DNA of 64,000 bases from Chromera velia (taxonomy: Eukaryota): positions 62,001-126,000 of the forward strand of contig JAHBMJ010000310.1 in NCBI GenBank assembly GCA_018398765.1, read 5' to 3'. Shown piece after piece: positions 33,974-47,478 of this stretch. Positions within the stretch are counted from its first letter, which is position 1, and each line of letters begins with the position of its first letter. The notes beneath the pieces are model-generated. The model ran no database searches. It was not told where the DNA came from and saw nothing but the letters and a program-made list of their open reading frames with translations. Both the position numbers and the translations under genes were made by a program.

Positions 33974-36900
33974 GTGTGTGTGCGTGTGTGTGTGTGGGGG
34001 GGGGGGGGGNNNNNNNNNNNNNNNNNNNNNNNNNNNNNNNNNNNNNNNNNNNNNNNNNNNNNNNNNNNNNNNNNNNNNNNNNNNNNNNNNNNNNNNNNNN
34101 NNNNNNNNNNNNNNNNNNNNNNNNNNNNNNNNNNNNNNNNNNNNNNNNNNNNNNNNNNNNNNNNNNNNNNNNNNNNNNNNNNNNNNNNNNNNNNNNNNNN
34201 NNNNNNNNNNNNNNNNNNNNNNNNNNNNNNNNNNNNNNNNNNNNNNNNNNNNNNNNNNNNNNNNNNNNNNNNNNNNNNNNNNNNNNNNNNNNNNNNNNNN
34301 NNNNNNNNNNNNNNNNNNNGGGGGGGGGGGGGGGGTGCTTTTTCTGTACTAAGAAAATTGCATCGTTACCGCTCCGCCTGAGTCTCTCTCTCTCTTCTTT
34401 TTTCCTTCCTCTTGTCTGCAGGTTCTCTGGAGACTCGAAAAGGATGCGCGTGAACTTTTCCCAGACTGCCTTCTCGAGTGTTTTGGTTCTTGTCAGTCAT
34501 GGTTCTGCCCTCGCCCTCTCGTCCTTCCATCCATCCGCTATCTTTTGCAATCGCACCTGTTCTTTTGTCATCTCCCTTCATGTTGAGTTCTGTGCGCTTC
34601 TGCTGTCCCGGTTGGCATTGCTGTGCCTTCAACGGCTCCTTCAAGTCAGTCATTTTATCTGTAGACTGATGTCTCTTTTCGCAGTAGCCTGCCCGCCCGC
34701 CCGCCTGCCTGCCTGCCTGTATCGGCTCTTCTCTGCACCGAATGAGTGAATGAATGAATGAACGAACGAACGAACGAACGAACGAACGAATGAATGAATG
34801 AATGAATGAATGAATGAATAAATGAATGAATGAATGAATGAATGAATGAATGAACGAATGAATGAATGAAAGAATGAGCTTTTCCCCTTCCTCGTTTTCC
34901 CTTCATCGCATGATTAAGGCCTTCCTCTTCCCTTCTTGATTCCTGGAAGCAGACTACACTGGCTTGTACCTTCCCACGGGGGATGTCGACGTCTGCTTGC
35001 GCCTGGCTGGAGAGAGGAGCTGGGGTCTGTCCTTCTGTCTCCTGACTGTCTGAAATCTTACAGTCACTCTCTCCCTCTCTCTCTTTCTCTCGCTCTCCCT
35101 CCCTCTGTCTCTCTCTCTTTCTCTCTGTCCCGATTCGCCTTGCGGCCTCCTTGTTTGTCATTGTGTCTTCCTGTCTACCTCTCTGTCTGCTTGCCGCTCC
35201 CCTGCAAGATTCCAGCCAGTCTGCACGGAGAGCCTTTCCAAGAGCCCGCCTCTGTCTGTCAACAGAATGGTACCGATCGCATTCCCTTTGCCCCACTAAG
35301 CCGCGTGTGGGCTCACACATTCAAGGAAGGGGATTCGAATGTATCGACAATGAGTGAATTGAGGGACACACACAGACGCATGTGGAGGGAGAACAGTTTA
35401 CCGATTCTTACATGAGCCTCTCCTTCTCTCTCCGTCTTGCCTGCCTGTGGGAGTGCAGAAAGGCCCTGGGGGAATGCCAGACGGCGCAGTGATGAACAGA
35501 AGCGACACGAAGCATGGTATCTGAAGGTCAGTCAGTGGAGGGAGGGAGGCAACAGATGCGGCAACCTGTTCGTTGGTTTGGTTTGAAGAGGGCAACCAAC
35601 CCTCGAAGGTTGTGTTGTGCTTCTGTTTCCCCACACGGGGGGACTTCTTGGGCCTCCCACCAATCTTGAATCTCCCAAATTCTTTCCGTGGCACACGACA
35701 CCGTTGCTCTGGCGTCGTTCCCAAAGACTGAGCTTTTCTAAGAATCGTGCCTCTTCCTTTCTTTCTTCTCTTTTTTCTTGTTGACTGCATCTTCCACCGC
35801 TCCCTCCTCTCGTCTCCATGTCCGCACAGCTCCTTGCCAAGAAACTCCTCGAGAAGGAACGCGTCTCCGCCATGGAAGTCCGTCAGTGAGTCAGCTTGTT
35901 TGGCCGGTCTGTCTTGTCAGCGGACAGGAAGCCAGAGAAGTGAAATGTCCATCTGCTGGACAGAAAGGTGCCCAGCTGTCTGGAACAGAGAGGTGAAGGA
36001 GTGAGACAGGGACCCTGTTTACAGACAGAAGTGGTCTCAAGAGGGGGTCGAGAGTTGGGCACAATTTCTTTGTGTGGCCTCTTTATGATGTTTTTTTTTT
36101 TTTTTTGCGCAGCCTTTCGTCGTCACTCACAAACTTCTGGCCCTTCTGTGAATTTCTTTCCTTTTTGGGATTTGTGACGGACATGGTGGTATTTGTTTTG
36201 TAATGCTGACAAAACCAAGAAAAACGACTGAATAAGACAGACGGGCAGACAGAAAGACAGAGGGAGAGGACTGCCTGTCTTGTCCCTCCTCTTTGTACCT
36301 CTGTCTGCAGGTAATCGAGTTTGCTCGTGTCCCTATCGTGAAGTTAGTAGACAAGGACACTGGTGAGCCAGCCGATTTGTGTCTTGAGAAGCCCTCTGGG
36401 GAGGGTGGACTGAGGGAGTGGGGGGGGGGCGGTCGGGCTGGGGGGAGATGTTGTTTTGTAGAATGAATGGATGGATGGGTGGGTGGGTGGTTCGGTGGAT
36501 GCGTGCATGGATGAATTGGTAAATGGATAAAGGCAAAAGTAAAAGAATGACTTTTGACTTTTTGTGGTTTTCCTTTCCCTCCCTCAGGGCTTCCTGTTGA
36601 CATATGCTACGAGGCTTCCACTTCGATCAGCACGTCCAGATTGGTCCTCTTTGCGGTCGGTTGTCTTCTCTTCTCTTCTCTTCTCTTCTCTTCATGTGGG
36701 CCTGCCTCTATGCCTGCCTCCTTTTGGTTGAGGGATGAGTGTTTTTCTCTCTTTTCGTTTTGGAATTCTTTCTTGTCGGGTGTCTTCGAGGTCGGTAGAT
36801 CTTCGTTCTCTTGCGTGTTTTGGGGGGGGGGAAAGGAGCGAGCCCTCTGCGGTTGGTCCAGTCATAAGTCGTGGCGGTCCGCCCAGATGCCCCCCCCCGG

Positions 36901-39900
36901 CCTCTCCTGCTTTCGTTCCCTCTCTGGGTCCACGGTTGGTTGACCGCATTCCTGCCTTCCTTCATTCTCGAGAGCGTGAATGCAGTTGCGGAAGATCCCG
37001 GCACTCCGTCCCCTGATTCTGCTTCTGAAGCTGTGGCTCCAACAGGTGAGGAGGGAAGGAAGGAAGGGGGGACAAGAGAACACAGAAAGAAAGTGAGACA
37101 CAGTGTGAGAGAAAAATGCATTTGAGAAGATGAGTTTGGTGAAGTCGTGGGGGAGGGGGGGAACGACTTCTTCAAGACGGGCTCACTGTGTCGTGGGTGA
37201 GTGAGAAGCGGCGGAGACTTTGCAGGAACCTCAGGGTGTCCTCACAGCAAAGCATTGATTTTCTTTCTCCACAGACGGGAAAGAAAGTGCCCTGCGTAGT
37301 CCCTCTCGATCTGCTCTCTTCTCTTCGCCTCCCCCCCCCTCTTTCCCCGCATGCCTTCCGTTCCAATCCGTCTGAAAGAGACTCATGAGAGGTTCACTTT
37401 TGTGGCACGTGCTGCACTAACATGAAGGCATGGAGAGCTGTGTCAGGGAACAAGTAGTTCTTTCTTTTCTTCTCTTTCCTCCCTTTTTCTGTGTCTCTTC
37501 TGTATCCGCGTGTCTCTATTACGGTCGCATGTGAGTGAGTGTGCAATTGATTGCAGCGAGGCATGGATCAGACGTACAACGGGGGGATTGGGTCTTACCT
37601 CCTGTTTACCATGGTTTGTCTTGGCTCTTCCTTCCTTACAGCTAGCTGCTTTGTGCGTTTGGTGAAGGGGCGACATGTGTCATTCATGCGCACAGGCAAA
37701 GTTTAGGTGTGTAACGAAATCCGTGTTATTTGATTTTCTCTAGTTTGCCCGCTTCTGTCTTCGTGAGTGTATGAGAATTCGTTCGCTTCCCTTTCGCAGG
37801 GGGTTGAGGGCTGTGTTCCTTCCGTATGAGACCATCTGTCTGTATGTCATCATTCTTTCCTTGTCTTTTGTGTCCCCCCACCTTCTCTCCTCCGCCTGTA
37901 CTGAAGCTTGCGTCTTGTCTGCCTTCTCGTTGCGGCTCTTGATGTTTCCCTGTTGATGGTCGGACTCCGTGCGTTTGTTTTGTCTTGTCGGAGGACTTGT
38001 GCTGCCTCTGACGTTCTATTTTGTCATCTGATGCATTCCGCCGGTTTCTCTCCTTCTTACCGAGTGGTGGCGGTATTGAATTGTTCTGCTTGAAGCCAGT
38101 GAGACAACGCTTACGCTCTCCCGTCTCCACTTATTCTATCCCATCATGTAGATGACTCGCTTTCTCTCTGGCATGCATAGTTGTTTTTCTCTTTGATGTT
38201 CCTTCCTTCCCCTTCTTGACAACTATGCATGCCTTCAGGTGACGTTCTTCTTTCAGCAGCACCCACTGGAGGGACCCCACAAGGACGCTCTGAAGTCGGA
38301 CTACTCTCTTGGTCAGGCGATCGGAGTGCGAGAGGAAGGAAAACTTTGAGTGTGCTTTTGATACTGCCTTTTTTGGGTGGGTGGGCGGCTTTGGATGCAT
38401 TCCTCTCTCTTCCCACCCTTGGCATGTATGTCTGTCTTGTGCGTCGTCTGTTTGTGCACATGCATAAGATGTGTGAGTGTGTGTAAGTAGCGCGTCAAGC
38501 ATTTGTATCTGTGTATGTGGTATTTTCCGACCAGGCCACCGGTGTATGGAGGGCAAGGAGAGAGCCGGTAATACCTGTTGTGGTGTACATGGTTGTCGAC
38601 CCGGACGGAGGCTTTCTCTGTCCCTCCCTCTCTCCCCCCCCCCCTCTCTCTCTCTGTGCTGTGAGTGATACTGCAGGTCATTACTTGTTCGAGTTCTTTG
38701 AGTTCTGGGCGTACAAGTGGAATTATGAAAGGAATTGCTATGACATCACGAGGGGGACGATGGAGAAAAAGGTCCGTCCGTCCTTCGGGTTTCTTTCTTT
38801 GAGGATGGGAGGGAGGGAGATTGGTTGGAACGCACAAAGGAGAAGAATAGGCGGACGGGCAAACCGCACAGACAGAACGATGGACGGACAAGAGAAAGGA
38901 ACGCGAGGGATGAAAGCCATTCTTACCGCGGCGCTGCTCAAAAACTTCCCGAGCTGGCTATCATGCACGCGTGGGTATACGTGCTTCTGAAAGCAGCGAA
39001 ATACCTATGATATGCGTGTCTAATTGCAGCATCGAGTTTTCCCAGATGCGTGGAAGGACACCAACCGGGGGGGGGGCCGAGGAGACAGATCGAGACTGCT
39101 CTCAGCAGTCAGCCCCCTGGTCAGTCAAGCAGTCAGGGACTTGGACTTGTGTTCTTTTGAAGAATTTCCCTTTCTTTTTCGCTTGTGTTGCATGGTTTTT
39201 CTTTTTTTTCTCCATCTCAAAGGATGACAGAGAGTACAGTTGGCATGAATCAGGAGGTATTCAAATGACCTGAGAGATCAATCTTCAGAGGTCGCTTCTC
39301 AATTTCTACAGTACATTAGAGTCCCCTCAAGCGTTCATTCCTCTCTGCCTCGTTGGTCGAATCGTCAAGGTCGATATGGTCAGATAGATCCCTTGGGGGC
39401 TGTGAGGAAAGTCAAAGAGAGAGCCTGCGGATTCATTCACTCTCACTCTCCGCCTAGGAGTCCTCCCTCCTCTTTTGCTCTTCTTCGCTGCTCGGCACTT
39501 TCCATAGCTCTATCTGTCTTCTTTGTTACCGGAAAGCGGTACGCGTTCTTGCGCTCGTTCAGTCAGAAGTCAAAGTCGAATCCAGAGGGCTTCACAAATC
39601 GAACTTTTTTTCACCTTTCTGTGGTCTGATTGAGTCTTCATTCCTTGGGCCTTCATTTCTCCTCCCCCCCTCCTTCCCTGCCTCCTTGCATTCATGTGTG
39701 TGTGCCTCCCTGCAGGAACCCGCGGTGGACATCGGGAAGAACTCTTTTGAGATCCAGAGGGCAGTCACGGGATTCAAAAGCTCTAGACAGGTGGGTAGGC
39801 TTAATTGTGGGTGGTGTCAGGGAAGGGGGGGGGGACGCAGCGTATCCCTGTGTCTGGTGTTCTTGGCGGCTTGTCCGGCCTGCTGTGTTCCTTCCTTCCC

Positions 39901-39968
39901 TCCCAATGGCAAGCGGGTGCTGGTGGGCAGTGTTTTTTATTTTGATTCTCTCTCTTTCTCTCTCTCTC

Positions 39969-40001
<33 letters not shown>

Positions 40002-41552
40002 TTGCGCATGTCCATGTGCATGTTTGCTGATGATATGATGGATGCAGAACTTGATGAATTGTATTCTGAAGTTGTCCGAAGACGTAGAAGCTGAGAGAAG
40101 GGGCAGAGACACTCTGGAGCCCCGATCCCTCCTGGCTCCCTCTATCGTGTCGTCGGACGATCCTGTCTTTTTGACGAGAAAGAAGAGAGACCCGCGACTT
40201 GAAAAACGAAGGGAAGACGCCAGGAAGAGAATAGAGGAGCAGAAAGAAGGGGGAGAAACCTCCTCAAGTTCTTCCTCTTCCTCCTCGGCAGCAGCAGCCT
40301 CCTCATCTTCCTCCAGTGAGAGAGGAACCTCGTTCGAAGAAGCGGAGGAGGCTGACCCCGATTCTGCTATCGGGGCTGTGGCCGGAAGGGACCTGTGCTC
40401 ACTGAAGATCGGCATTCTGGATCCACCAGGTTCTTTTGTTAATCTATGTCGCTCCCCCTGCCTACCTTTCCATCAACTCATTTGTCTGCTGTTTTGTGTG
40501 CGAGCCTTTTGTCAGGTCTCTGTCGGACAGTTCGTTGTTGTCTTCCCGACCTCCCTGGAATGTGCAGCTGATTCCTTCCATCCTGTCATTTTCATGCGTT
40601 TCCAGAAGGGGACTGTCTGTCACGCACTCTGTTGTGCTGAGATTCCTGCCTAGCCTCCTGTTCACAACTGTTGAGTGTGTGTGTGTGTGTGGATGCGTGG
40701 CACGGTGCAGGGCTGGAGCCTGGTCGAAAAAAGAGGGGTGGGGGCACGTCTCCGAAGAGGAGCTTGTCCGATTCGGGTGTGACCGGGAGAGGGAGAGGAG
40801 GAAGAGGGAGAACGTCTGTGGAGGAAAAGGGTCTGGAGCCGATTGGAAGTTCTTCGGACAGCGAGGACGGCGAGGAGGAGGATAGTGAGGAAGACGGAGG
40901 GGAGGGTGGTATGGGTGGGGGGGTAGGAGGTCAGAGGAAGAGAAAGAGTACGGACAGAGAGGCAGGGAATGAGAAAAGAAAAAGGAAGCCGGACTCCAGG
41001 AAGGGACACAAAGGGGAAGACAAGTGGGAAAGGGTCAGAAGGCTGACTGAAAACGGAGGCGGGTTTGGGAGCGACGATGAGGACATGGATTCAGTGAATG
41101 GTTTGTCGTCTGGAAGTGGAAGAAGGGGGGGGAAGGCCAGTCGTGTAGATCGCGCCTTGAATACCTCGGACATACGTGAGAAAAAGAAAAAGGAAAGGGG
41201 GGGGCATGAAGGAGGAAAAGGGGGGAAGAAAGTCATCAAAGACAGGGGGGAGAAAGGATTGGATGCTCAGGGCCGGGGAGGGAAAAAGAGGGGTAAGGGG
41301 AAAGGAGGGCAGGAGGGTGCTCAGTCTTTTCAGTCTGGAAGAGGGAGAGGCAATCGGGGGGGCTCTCGAGGTGGGGGGAACCCTGGGGAATCTAATAGAG
41401 GAAGGGGGGGGCGAAGGTCCGGCAGTGGACCTTCAAGTGGAGGAGAAGGAGGCAGAGGAACAGGTAGGGGAGGGGGTGGAGGGGGTGGAGGTGGAAGAGG
41501 ACGGGGTGGAGGGCCTGATAGAGGTCGTCAAACTTTTGTTCGGAAACGGTAA
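33191..41552 (+). CDS. TRF4: Non-canonical poly(A) polymerase, Trf4/PAPD5 (TENT4) family, with an RGG-rich C-terminus
   Basis: Spliced motifs LHEELIDLILWLQPSAEE, CFGS|YYTGLYLPTGDVD, ARVPIVKLVD, GLPVDI, TYNGGIGSY, GHYLFEFFEFWAYKWNY and VDIGKNSFEI. Some internal exons and the region around the N-gap are unresolved. Confidence 0.9.
34010..34319. other. Assembly gap (N run) flanked by poly-G, inside TRF4 intron 1
   Basis: Run of n characters. Confidence 0.99.
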
Positions 41553-41802
41553 CAGTCGCTGCGGCTTAAACCATAGACAGTGAGATGGACCTCTATCAAT
41601 TTCAAACGCAGTATTAACCGTCAAACTATACCAAACAAACTTCCTTTAATATAATTAGTACTAAGTACATATGATTTTCTGATTCTTAGATCGATTTCAT
41701 TTTTTATCAAAATTTTAACAGTATAATCATGGTGAATCATGGTATAGATAATTACTGATCGTAGGTAATAGTAAGTAAGTTACTTATTCTTAGTGTTGCA
41801 GT

Positions 41803-42970
41803 TACCCCCCTGACACTCAAGGCTACTTGAAATTTTTTGCCGCTCAAAAATCCACTCTTGAAAGGCCGTGCCGCAGGCGCGGTCTATGTCTTGAAAAGCT
41901 GCGCCGCAGGCGTGGCCTATGTCTTAAAAAGCTGTGCCGCAAGCAGAGCCTATGTCTTGAAAAGCTATACGCCGCAAGCAGGGCGTATGTCTTGAAAAAC
42001 TATGCCGCAAGAAGAGCCTATGTCTTGAAAAGCTACGCTGCATGCAAGGCTTATATCTTCTCTCTCGTGCTCTTTTCGGAGCTCGGCCTGCTTGTCAGCA
42101 ACAGGCTTGAAAAATGAACGAGTTGACACCGGGGCCTGTAAATCCACCAGGTTCTCTGGACCCTTGAGGAGATTCCCAGCTCTCCTGGACCCTCTCCCGA
42201 TAAGCGGGATATAAATTAAGTCTTGTCTTCACTCGGCGTTTAGGATGGCGCTCCACAGGGCGCGGTTCAGCTGCATAAGAAATGCCGGGTTGGTAGGCAT
42301 GGTTGCAGAAAGAAAGGGGGATTTAACAAGCAACACACGAATTCGAAGGAAGCACTCGTCCGAGAGGAAGCAAGACACTCAGCGATGCTCAGTCTGTGAT
42401 AGTCACGCGATGTCAGCTGGAAGCTCGGTGTGTGAAGGTTCAACAGAAATAGAAACAGAAACTCAACGTTTGAGAAAGAGGGTGAGAGGATCAAAAAGGA
42501 ATGGACAAGAGAAAGTGACCAACGTTCAGGTTTTTTTTTTTCCTCTGCTGTGCAGATTCCTGAACGTCCAGATTTATTTTCTAAATTTTGTATACGTGAC
42601 ACACCTGAACAACACGTGATACACCCGTTGCATGATTCGCAGACTGGGTGAGCATGTGCGACTGCGCTGCCCTCTGAGGTATTGCGCAGTTGCCGTTTGA
42701 GCCTGCACGTCACAGCCTGATGGGCCCTCAGAAAAACACTGCGCCTGCATGCAGAAAGGCATGCCGGGGCCGTGGTTTCCGGGGCCGCGCGGTGCTCGTA
42801 AAAGCAGCGTGACAGTGGGGCGCATACGCGTACAGTGGAATAAATTTTGGCGGTACGAAATAGCATGAAACGGTGCCGCCGCTCAAAAATCTTAACTTGA
42901 AATTAAATGCTGCTGAAAAATCCAATCTTGAAAAATGTTTTCAAGAACAGCTTAGAGTGTCGGGGGGGTC
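41803..42970. mobile_element. 1.17-kb non-autonomous TIR element (8-10-bp TSD; MULE- or hAT-like) with an internal tandem array and a gene fragment
   Basis: TIRs TACCCCCCTGACACTCAAGGCT vs reverse complement GACCCCCCCGACACTCTAAGCT. Flanking duplication GTTGCAGT(TA) at 41795 and 42971. Subterminal GCCGCTCAAAAATC / CTTGAAA motifs near both ends. Confidence 0.82.
41857..42055. repeat. ~30-33-bp tandem repeat, about 6 units
   Basis: TATGTCTTGAAAAGCT.CGCCGCA.G...GCC is repeated. Confidence 0.9.
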
Positions 42971-43498
42971 GTTGCAGTTAGTTCTGGTCATAGTTCCAGT
43001 CTATTCCAGTCAAAACTTCATTTTTGACAAGAACCACAATGCAGTACAATTAAGACAGACAAGATAGATGATATGTACGTCGATCCTGTAGGAGTGAAAG
43101 TACAAATTTAAAAAAGTCGCGTTTAAGTCGGCATGCAGACACCTGCACAAAATCAAAAATTTAGAACGAGCACGAAAAAAAAAATAGGTGGCGAGGATTG
43201 AGGAGACGATAAAAAAAAATGGAGACGGGACGGGACGACATCACACGTGTATGCGTCAAGTGATTAATTCAACAACAGTTGTTCAATGTTGTTCACGAAC
43301 TCAGCTGCACCGTTGTTGAATCAATCTTGATCAGACATGCAATGACATGCATGCAGCCGGATCCTTTTGACATCCTATCCGACATCTCCCGACCGGTCTT
43401 TCGACCCTTCTGAGGAGTTCAGCTCCATTCAGGTCGACAATCACAACTGTGAAGTTGGCGACACTTTCTCGTCGATATTCCCGTAGCTTGTCGCTGGA

Positions 43499-44326
43499 AT
43501 GTTGCCGTCTCGTCTCCTGCGGAGCGTGTCCATCAAATCCATGTTCATTCTACGGTAAGCTGAACAAGGGGCGTGGCAACTTCTCAATAGAGGCTTTTTT
43601 TGAAATTTGCTTGGCTTTTGCACCTATTTTCCCGCAGGTACACGTTTGTACCCGACATTTTGGAGAAACGGCAGCCGCACAGGGCGAAGCACCTGGCACT
43701 GGCTCAACAAGAGACCCTGGAAGGTCAGGAGGCGAGAGCTCCCAGTCTGCAGTCTCTTTCAGCCTGCCTGTCGATTGAGCGACCGCTTTGGTCTCCTTGT
43801 TTCTTTTGATACATATTGTTGTAGCACATAGACGGGCAGTAAATGAAGCAGACCTCTAAAGGATTCGGGGGTGTCGCCGCCGAAAGGAAGGATGATAGTA
43901 CGCGAGGGGGCGAGCAAGTAGACGGAAAGAATAATGATGAGACAGCAGCAGAAAGCGATCTACCAACAGCACTTTTGTTCTCAAGCTTGAATAGGAGGGT
44001 TTGCTTCAGACCGGTGGTCCGTCCGGTCGAGACATCAAATTTCCTTCCCAGCTCTGCCTCCACCTCGCTTCAATGAAATGGTCCCTCCCGCAGTGACGCT
44101 CCAAAAGACACTCCGTGGGTTCTTTGGTGCCAGACTCATCTGTCCTACGGCCTTTTCTTTTTGTCTCTCTCGCCTCCCTTTTCTTCATTTAAGCCATGCG
44201 TGTGCACTCTTTTGCGTGTGTCTTCAATTTCGTGCTTACCCATGCGGATCCTCCCCTCCGAAGCCCTCACCCTGGTACTTCTTCGCCAAGTGTGTGTCTG
44301 CGCGTGCGCGCACGCGCGCGCGCACG

Positions 44327-44374
<48 letters not shown>

Positions 44375-44386
44375 CCGGCGGGTGTG

Positions 44387-44462
<76 letters not shown>

Positions 44463-44552
44463 GGTATGTATGTATGTATGTATGTATGTATGTGTGTGTA
44501 TGCCTGCGGGTGTGAGTCTGTGTGTGTGTGCCTGCGGGTGTGAGTCTGTGTT

Positions 44553-44592
<40 letters not shown>

Positions 44593-45267
44593 CGTGCGTG
44601 CGTGTGTTAGTTCGTGCGTGTGCGTGTGCGTGTGCCCTTATGTTTGTGAGTCTCTTTTTCGCTCTCTCCCTCTCTCTTCCCTTCTTCCCTCTTTCTGTCT
44701 TTCCTTCCTTTCTCGCCTGTATTGTACCTGAAAAGAAGCAAAAAGGAACAATCAAATGGTCTACACATCTGTCTTTTCTCTCTCTGTCTGTCGTCTGGTT
44801 GAGAAGTGAAGGACATGCTACTCTTGCTTGTGGCTCTTTCAAAACCGTTGTCTGCGTGTGAGAAGGTCATTGTCCAAGAAGACATTTCGACTTCTTACGT
44901 GTTTGCTCGCCTTGAGAGTAAGAAATTTCTTGTCGCCCAGGCCTTTCAAAACTTTCACGCTGATTTTGAGCTCACAATAGAATGGACCTGTGAGGCGGGA
45001 TCTCTGAAGAGACGCAGTCTTCCCGCAAGAAAGCCTATGCTTGCACTGCTGTCTGGGTGTCATGCAATTCCTTCTGCAGGCAGGCTGCTTGTTGGAGGCG
45101 CCTCCGATCCTCCTTCGCACGGGTTCCTGGTCTTCCAGAACGTGGACAAAGCACATGTGGAGAGGTTTGCTCAAGCAGATCCATATGTGAGCAATCGGTT
45201 GGTGACTGAGTGGACAGTCACCCCTCTCATGGCGGCAGCAGGGACCGCACTTACAGGGGGAGTCTGA
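43499..45267 (+). CDS. YciI-like protein (109 aa), possibly with a short mitochondrial presequence
   Basis: Exons 43499-43554, 43638-43723 and 45080-45267 (330 nt) give MLPSRLLRSVSIKSMFILRYTFVPDILEKRQPHRAKHL...GRLLVGGASDPPSHGFLVF...FAQADPYV...W, containing the YciI R..H, G and DPY motifs. Confidence 0.88.
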
Positions 45268-45989
45268 AAAGAAACATCATGATTGATGCAAATATACATA
45301 CCTGACCAGCTTTTAACAGTGGCAAAAGAAACTTTAAATTATTATGAGATATAAGTTTTTGTCAACTTTTTGAATTGACAGTAAAAGAAATTTGAGCGTA
45401 TGCATGCATGAACTGTAAATTGAACACGAATTTGAAAATGACTGCCAGTGTCTCTAGGCAGGATTAGAGCAGTCCGCTAGATTCTTCGATAAAATCTCAT
45501 AAAATTTGGAATATTTCTAGCTAAAATTCCATAAAACTCTTTAACTTTCAAAATCTAAAAAATCCATGCGTAGATATGTGTAAATTAAATCCCATGTTAT
45601 CCTAGCCACCTGCAGGGTTACCCTACGCCCTAGCATGCTAGCTATCATGGTGGTTACGGTACTTAGCGGGCTACTTACCAGGTCTAGTATACATATTACT
45701 AGGCATACTATAATGCAAACCCTCGCAAGTCTGTGATCGCCAGACTTGAAGCCGCGGAAAGGGGAGTAGGGGAGGCTATGGGTCTGTATGCATCAATAGG
45801 TATATTCTCCCCCTACAGTCGTATGTCCTTCTTCAAGGGGACGTAGAAGCCCGCCGCGACTTATTCCCTTGAAGCTCTCCCCATTCAAGAATCTGATATC
45901 CGATACTTAGACTCCCTCCAGCTTCGTTTTCTGCGTTGGTCTCTCCGTCTGCCCTGGAATTCTTTTGTGTTTCCCACCCTTGCAGCCGT

Positions 45990-46740
45990 TAGGCTAAGGC
46001 CCATGAGACAGCTTCTCAGTGTCAGAGTAGGGGGGTATTTGAGAAGTCTCTCCCTTGCTTGATTGGCTTTGCTTCAAGCATTGTGGGCATGCCACAGGAG
46101 GGGGGAGTTAAGGGCGTGGTCGGGGTCTGCAAAGAAGGTTGTGCAACCCGTCAGTCCTACCCTTCTGGAAGGCGAACCAGATGAAGTTAATTTTAGAACA
46201 TCAGATAGCAAGCTGAGAAAGGGGGTGAGGAGCAGGAAAGTGAACGAATGGATGGGGGACTGACCCAGGCAAACCCGGTCTCCATCACAGAAAGGAGAGG
46301 GGGAAGGCAGAGGAGACAAATGCATGGGAGCGTATCTTTTCCTCCGTCTGCTTGCCTGACTCACTATCAGAAGGAAAATTGTAGCAGCCAACGTCTTATA
46401 AAATTGGTTTTCGGAAGCTTGGTAGAGGGGAAGGGAGGCTCATGGTCTGTCTTGGCAGAACCTCTCCCCAAGCAGTTTTTGTCTTCCCCCGGGGTAGTTT
46501 TCTGCCCTTTATTGTGCACCATTGTTGAAGGGGGGGCAAACCATGGGGGGAGGGTTGAATCAATTTGCAAAGCTTGTAAAAAGAAAAGTGGGGAGAAATT
46601 GATTGATGACCCGATTCACCGTCTGACATACAACTTGTGTCCGAACGGAGGTGCTGCGGGGGAGACTGAGTGATCTCTGGTATAGGTGACTGGAGCGTAT
46701 GTCGATAGAAGAAGTGTATGAGCATGGAGAGAGACAGGAA
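45990..46740 (+). mobile_element. Possible decayed non-LTR retrotransposon fragment (RLE-type, CRE/R2-like): RT thumb and zinc-knuckle region
   Basis: Broken frames give LLSVRVGGYLRS (cf. LPxRxGGLG), GKGGSWSVLAEP (cf. GAGAWLxAxP) and CKAC...DPIHRL...CPNGG (CCHC knuckle) in the expected order. Multiple stops and frameshifts. Confidence 0.4.
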
Positions 46741-47478
46741 GCCCGAGGAGGTAGGGGGGTGGGGCAGGCCGAGGAGCGGGTAAGGCGGTACTTCTCGCTT
46801 CTTCTTCAGAGGGACGCCCGAAAGGCCAGTGCCCTCATTACTGCATGCCTAGGACCGGATTGATCGATCCTGGGGAGCAGTGTTTTGCTAGCTAGTAGTA
46901 ACTGTCCTAAAGTTCAGCCGCTTTAGGTGAGCATTCGCTAGCATGCTTCTAGCTTGTAATATGACATAAATGCTCACAGACTGCCTTTTACCATTGGGAC
47001 ACGATGGCTGGCGGGTTAAGTCACTTTATCATCATTATCATCAGTACTAGGTCTAGTACCGGGTGGTATATTTATTATTTGAATACTAAAAACTGATAGT
47101 CTAAGTATGAATCGCATGTAGTACATGTTCTTCCAGATAACTCTAAAAATAACTTGGGCTAAATTTAAAAATCTTTATATCAAATTACTACTTAAAATTA
47201 GACTCGTTATATGTAAAACTAGGTTTGAAACTATAAGTTTAAAAACTCTTAGAGAAGTTTTTTACTTATAATTTTTAAAAATGCAATAATAGCTATAGAA
47301 TAATAGGGCCGAAGCCTAGGCCAAAGCTTTTTATACTGCTTTTGTGGAAAACTTAGACTAGCTTGACTATTTAGAATTTAATTTATGTGGAAGGGATTGG
47401 AAGCTACTTTATTAGAAGCTATTATAGATAGGAAGGGGAAAACTATCGAGAAAACTTGAAATGACATTGGAAGTAGTC

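Noticed and set aside
33790..34749. Long ORFs spanning the N run
   Set aside because: Artefacts of the assembly gap.
41857..42055. CRISPR-like array or repeat-protein ORF (41827-42117)
   Set aside because: Simple subterminal tandem repeat of the TIR element; unit lengths vary and there are no spacers.
44806..45079. N-terminal part of the 153-aa ORF as the YciI start
   Set aside because: True YciI N-terminal motifs are in exons at 43499-43723, so this stretch is intron.
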